Position numbers and translations under genes: made by a program. Below, in pieces: positions 57,812 to 64,000 of a stretch of DNA of 64,000 bases. A model generated the notes under the pieces. The model was not told the DNA's origin, did no database searches, and saw only the letters and a list, made by a program, of their open reading frames with translations. The DNA is from Octopus sinensis (Eukaryota), in NCBI RefSeq assembly GCF_006345805.1, contig NC_043004.1:82646001-82710000 (forward strand), written 5' to 3'. Each line of letters starts with the position of its first letter. Position 1 is the stretch's first letter.

Positions 57812-58065
57812 ACTTAATAGCACCACCTGGCGAAGTCTTTCAGTTCAGGATTTGGGCACCAAGGCTCATTCGAGCAGAGAGTTATTGTTTGCGGAGACAT
57901 ATCCGGGTGTGGGTGGTTTGTCCGGTACTGTTTGAAGGAATTTGTCCAAAGACTTCTTGAATTTTGTGTGGTCAGTTTCTTTTTTGACGTGTCCTGGTGT
58001 AATGTTGAAGAGAGCGGGTCCAATTGAGGTGAAATAGTTGTGCGTATTGTCGTTATGTGATGCGA
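57812..58065 (-). mobile_element. 3' fragment of a LINE of the 58905-61860 family
   Basis: Reverse complement of the C-terminus and 3'UTR of 42283-42725. Confidence 0.8.
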
Positions 58066-58091
58066 TTTAGATTTTGTTGTAAATATATGCG

Positions 58092-58135
<44 letters not shown>

Positions 58136-58138
58136 TGC

Positions 58139-58195
<57 letters not shown>

Positions 58196-58347
58196 CATAC
58201 ATATATATATATTTATATATATATATATATATATATACATACGCATATATTTACATTTGCATATATATATATGTGTGTGTGTTTGTATGTGTACATGTAC
58301 ATGCACACGATCAGCCTACATTTCCAGACATACAACAAATCAAACTC

Positions 58348-58379
<32 letters not shown>

Positions 58380-58635
58380 GTACAAACACACTTGCATCGG
58401 GGAACATAGGTAATGCAATGCAACTACGCAACAAATAATCTTATGTGTGGCAAATAAAAGAAATAACTGAAATCATCAACTTCGAATCAACGCTTATCAA
58501 TATTCTTATTATTGTACTCGCGAAATCAAATGAACAGAAAACTAATTTCGCAGATTGATTATATATATACATACATATATACATACATACATATATATAC
58601 ATATATATATATATACATATATACAATATATATAC

Positions 58636-58726
<91 letters not shown>

Positions 58727-58775
58727 CATATATATATATACATATATATATATATACATATATATATATACATAC

Positions 58776-58888
<113 letters not shown>

Positions 58889-58904
58889 CATACATATATA
58901 TCCT

Positions 58905-61860
58905 TACCGAGACTCACCTGAACAACACACATAGACGCCGAGGTGAAAATAAAAGATTTCACCATTGTTCGTGCGGATCGTACAAACAGAAATAAGGGAG
59001 GGACAGCCATCTTTATCCATGACTCCTTCTCACTTGATGCCAAGGACATATTTTCCAATGGCTATTGTGAAACTGTATCACTATTCAGCTAGGCCAAGGA
59101 CATAGTCATTGTTGGTCTTTACAGGCCTCCCCAAGCACCTTTAAAGTGCTTTGAAGAGTGCCTTAGCAAAGTCAAGTCCTTCCCTCGGAATTACCACTCC
59201 GGAAACATTCTAGTGATGGGTGATTTTAACCTCCCTCATGTGAACTGGTCCACAAATACTCTAAAGTTAGGCAAGTGCTCTACATCAGATAGAGCAGCAG
59301 CGGGACTGCTCTTTAATCTAATGGGTGAATACTTCCTGACTCAGCTTGTGTTCGAACCAACGAGACAGAATAAAACGATCTTGGGTCTGGTATTGACCAA
59401 TCACTCTAGCTTTGTTCACAGTATTTCAGTTGAAAAAACTCTCCTCTCAGATCACGACATGGTACTCTGCAATTTCAATTCCCGACATATAAAAACCAAA
59501 CCAGCCAATCCCACTCCATGGCACTCATTTGATAATATAAACTTCCACAAAGCGGACTGGGGAGCAATCAGAAAGGATCTGTCTTTCATCGACTGGTCTT
59601 TAACTCTCAATTCCACCCATATTGAGATCGCATGGCGGCACTTTGAAAACATTGTCACATATACATACTCTAAACACGCTCCCACGAAATCTACTAACAC
59701 AAACAGAAATCGGCTCCCTAAAAAGAAGAAAACACTCATCAGGCGCATCAAAAGACTTAACAAAAAAATCAACCAATTAAAATATTCCCACAAACAACAT
59801 CCACGTTCAACAACAATGAAAAGGCTAGAGCTGGAAAAACTTCATCTGCAGAACGACATGAAAACCTCCATTGAAAACCAAAGAGCTGCGGAGGAACAGT
59901 GGGTAATCAAAAACATCAAACAGAACCCAAAAGTGTTCTATTCCTATGCAAATAAGCATAGAACCACTGTCTCACCCATTGGGCCATTGATTGATGCTAA
60001 CGGCATTCCCCAACACGATGCTAAAGAAATGGCAGAAATACTGCAGAAACAATACTGCTCTATCTTTAGTGTTCCCACTGATATTGACGTAAGAGAAGCG
60101 AACGAAGTTGACTCCCAACATAAAATCTCAGACATAACCTCTACTCCCACTGACAACGTAGCAGCAATAAATGAAGTCAAATACTACTCTGCTGTAGGCC
60201 CTGATAGATTCCCCGCTAGTCTCCAGAAGGAATGTAGACACCAACTTGCAGTCCCTCTGACCAACCTCTGGAGAAATTCGTTAGATGCAGGTTATATACC
60301 AAAACAGTTTCTATCCCAGTCAGTCATCCCGGTTTTCAAACAAGGAAACAGATCCCTCGCACTCAACTATCGCCCAATCTCACTCACCTCCCACATCATC
60401 AAAGTGTTTGAAAGAGTGTTAAGATCAAGGATGGCTGACTTCCTGGAGACCCAGAAACTCCTAAATGCAAATCAGCATGGCTTTCGCTGTGGCAGGGACT
60501 GTCTAACACAGCTCTTAAACCACATTGAAGATGTACTCAAAGCCTTGGGAACAGGTTCGAACTCTGATGTCATATATCTTGACTTCAGTAAAGCGTTCGA
60601 CTGGGTAGACCATAATATCCTACTCTCAAAATTGGCAAATGTTGGAATCCGTGGAAAAGTTCTACACTGGATCAAGTATTTCCTGGCGAATAGAACACAA
60701 CATGTTGTAGTTGATGGAGTCCACTCAAGCCCAGCAAAAGTCACCAGCAGTGTCCCCCAGGGGACTGTCTTGGGTCCGCTACTCTTCATAATCTACATAA
60801 ACGACCTTTCCAGTGTCGTACATTACTGCAAAGTGAAAATATTTGCTGATGACACCAAGCTCCAGCAAATCGTCAATGAAGAAGCAGACCGAACTCAACT
60901 CCAGTCTGATCTATATGCTGTGAGTCAATGGGCAGACAGAAACAAAATGCAACTGAACGAGGGAAAATTTGAGCTGATGCATTTTGGAAGAATCTCCTCA
61001 CTAAAACAGCCATACTCTCTTCCTTCAGGGGAACCGCTCACAGCCTCTAACAATATCAGAGACCTGGGTGTAATTGTTGACGACGATCTCAGTTGGAGTG
61101 CACACATCAACAAGAAGGTCGATATAGCTCGTAGGATGAGTTCCTGGATCTTAAGAACTTTCCGGTCCAGAGAACAAGGTGTCATCATACCACTTTTTTC
61201 CTCCTTTGTACTGCCACTCCTTGAATACTGCTGCCCACTGTGGTTTCCTCACACAAGACAAAACATCTCCAGAATTGAGTCACCCCAGAGGGCACTCACT
61301 AAACGCATTGAAGGCATGGCTGCTCTCGATTATTGGGATCGCCTTAAAGCCTTGAAACGTTACTCCCTCCAGCGTCGCCGTGAGCGGTACATCATTTGTA
61401 CGATGTGGAAAATATACCGCCAACTTTGCCCAAACGACCTAAACATTAGCTTCAAGGTTCATTCAAGACTTGGACCACGGGCTATACGTCCCCTGCCCAA
61501 TTCAAGATCACAACATACATGTACAGTGCAACATAATTTCTTTTCCTCAACAGGCCCTGCCCTATTTAACATTGTCCAAAGAGAGATCAAAGAGGAAAAG
61601 GATCCCATCAACTTTAAACAGAGTCTGGATAGATTCCTTCAAAGAATATCAGATAAGCTACCCATAATTGGATACAACTCACCCAACAAGAACTCACTAC
61701 TTGAACAAAACTGGATACAACTCACCCAACAAGAACTCACTACTTGAACAGAACTTGACTTAAACAGGATTCGAATAATCCTATCAGGTGGTGCTATTAA
61801 GTTAGACATGGCCTGGACCAATCTTTGGTCGAAACATATCTAAGTTTATCTAAGTTTATA
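58905..61860 (+). mobile_element. CR1/L2-type LINE ORF2 (APE-RT) with an 844-codon open frame (59213-61747) and 3'UTR
   Basis: LTETHL, YRPP, MGDFN, QHGFRCGRDC, YLDFSKAFD, VPQGTVLGP and IFADDTK. A frameshift and a TAG stop lie upstream of 59213; 43-bp tandem duplication at 61670/61713. Confidence 0.93.
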
Positions 61861-61989
61861 TATATACATACATATATATATATACATACATATATATATA
61901 CATACATATATATATATATATACATACATATATATATATACATACATACATATATATACATACATACATATATATATATATATACATAC

Positions 61990-62024
<35 letters not shown>

Positions 62025-62044
62025 CATACATATATATGGCATGA

Positions 62045-64000
62045 TTGCTGAAGTATAAAGAAGTGTTTTTACTCCTCTCTGCGCCGGTCAGCAGCAAGCT
62101 TCACAGCTACATTCGTCGAAATTGACCATCACATATATTCCTGTATATTTGAAACCACGCTTTTTTCCAACTCGTGAGTAGACTTTTCCTTAACCACAAA
62201 CTATTTTCATAATTTTCAAACGACCAAATATTTTCAAACACCTTCTGATAACTAAAGGATCACCCACACATAAAAAATTAGAAAAAGAGGGAAAAGAAGA
62301 AAAGAAAGATAAAATAACTACAAGCTCATAATTCAAATACAAACTTCTCAGTATTACAGCAAACATTCTGTACAATCAATTCTACATACTTCTCCTTAAA
62401 AAAAAATAATAATTAAAAGTAATCAACAAAACAAACGAACAAAATAAAATTTAATAAAACATATCCACCAGAATGGCTAGCCACCAAAAATCCAACAAAA
62501 ACTGGTCTGATAATGAAGTCGACGTTCTTATCAACACATGGCATGGCCTTACCGAAACAGAGAGCATAGGTGCTTCGTGTCTGAACGAAATTGCTAAAGA
62601 ACAGTTCACCATTTGCAAACTCGATCTGAACAGCAGATACAAAATAAATTAAAACAAATCGAAGTTGCTTTTAAATTAATAAACACTTCGATAAACTGAG
62701 ATGTGTTTTCTCTTCGAACGCATCACCGGCGCAACAACAACAACAACAACCTCAACAACAACAAACTCAGCGGCAACAACAACAACAACAGCTACAGCAA
62801 CAACACCTTCAGCAGCAACAACCTCAGCGGCAACAACAACAAAAACCTCAACAACAAACTCAGCGGCAACAACAACAACAACAGATACAGCAACAACAAC
62901 AACAGGATGAACCACTCCTTGATTCATCTACAATGGCCGATTTGCTAAACGAAACGATTGACCCCCCAGTCATCAGGGTCACACAGCAGGAAGCACCACC
63001 CCTTCCTTTCACTGCCCCAGCAGCTCAATCATCATCATTGTCAACACCATCTCCTCTGCTTACTACTACTAGTACTACTCCCACTATGTATCGACAAACA
63101 TCTTGGAATCGACCTCCTCAATCATTACCACTGTCAACATCTCTTCTACCTACTACTACTACTACAACTACTACTACTAATGCTATCTCAAGGAATTTAC
63201 CTCCTACAGGTCACAAAGGTCGCCAAAACTTCAACAAACAATCATCTACACCTTTCACAACTCACACACACACACGCACCTACACACCCACTCGAAACCC
63301 TAACATTTGCCGATATTCTCTTCGCCATAGACTGTGCACTGATAGAGACTGCAAATTCACCCATTTACCTGGAACAAAACGCTCTATCCCCACAAACTAC
63401 AACAGCAACCACCATAATACAACATCACCACAACCACCAATATCTCTAACAAGGAATCCCCAAATCTGCCGCTATTCCCAGCGAGACAGATTGTGTTTGC
63501 ACAGGGATTGCCCCTTTACCCATCTCCCGGGGACTCGTCGGACATTTAAAGATAACCACTCATATAAAAATAACCACAACCACAGTCACCTACAGTTCCC
63601 TAGACAGGAAACCACCTCTTCTTCCTCTTTTTTAGCTATAATGAATCTAGCAAAAGAACTGGAAAAAAACATCCGAGCTATCACCCACCACCATCCACCA
63701 CTATTACACCACTGCACATGCCATTAAAAAGCAATAAAATGAACAAATCACCAAATCAATTAAAACCATCCACTCTCGCCTCAACATTTCTGCTTAATGC
63801 CCAAGGCATCAGCCCTTCCACCAATACACACAAATGGAAGATAAGATTCCTGGAGGACTGGGTAGAGGCCCATCCAAACCACATCCCTTTCTTCGTCCTC
63901 ACTGAAACCCATCTTAGTGACCTCCACTTGGAAGCCGAGGTGAAAGTTAAAAATTTCAAAACCATTCGTGCTGATCGTGCTGGCAGAAGAAAGGGTGGGA
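62045..64000 (+). mobile_element. 5' part of a related LINE (5'UTR, ORF1 with Myb-like and two CCCH motifs, start of APE), cut by the window end
   Basis: ATG 62473 MASHQKSNKNWSDNEVDVLINTW; ICRYSLRHRLCTDRDCKFTH and ICRYSQRDRLCLHRDCPFTH; LLNAQG...LTETHL...RADR...KGG. Confidence 0.85.

Overview
AT-rich, intron-containing animal DNA, very probably Octopus; this is inferred from the dense (TA)n/(ATT)n microsatellites and from tRNA-derived SINEs resembling known octopus families. There are no prokaryotic features. The only host genes are a + strand tandem array of seven paralogous units encoding a multi-pass membrane protein with the hallmarks of the insect gustatory receptor (GR/7tm_7, 7TM ion channel) superfamily. 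Two units have intact ~315-codon exons (40416, 45896); five are damaged or relic (10321, 15542, 28881, 49384, ~55330). The better-preserved units share an upstream AAGAAGCTTA block and a 5'UTR splice acceptor, and the five that reach the end of TM6 stop at a phase-0 CG|GTAAGT donor. No intact canonical TM7 exon was found in the window. The rest is transposon-derived: two head-to-head near-full-length CR1/L2-type LINEs, whose ORF1 appears to carry a Myb/SANT-like helix plus a CCCH finger; a second LINE family; Penelope-like elements; R4-like and Tx1-like fragments; mariner fragments; MITEs; and SINEs. Several small fold-back or Penelope-derived elements contain type I hammerhead ribozyme motifs, three with intact catalytic cores. 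Many single-base indels between near-identical copies suggest consensus errors, so some frameshifts may be artefacts. All homology calls are by motif recognition, not database search.
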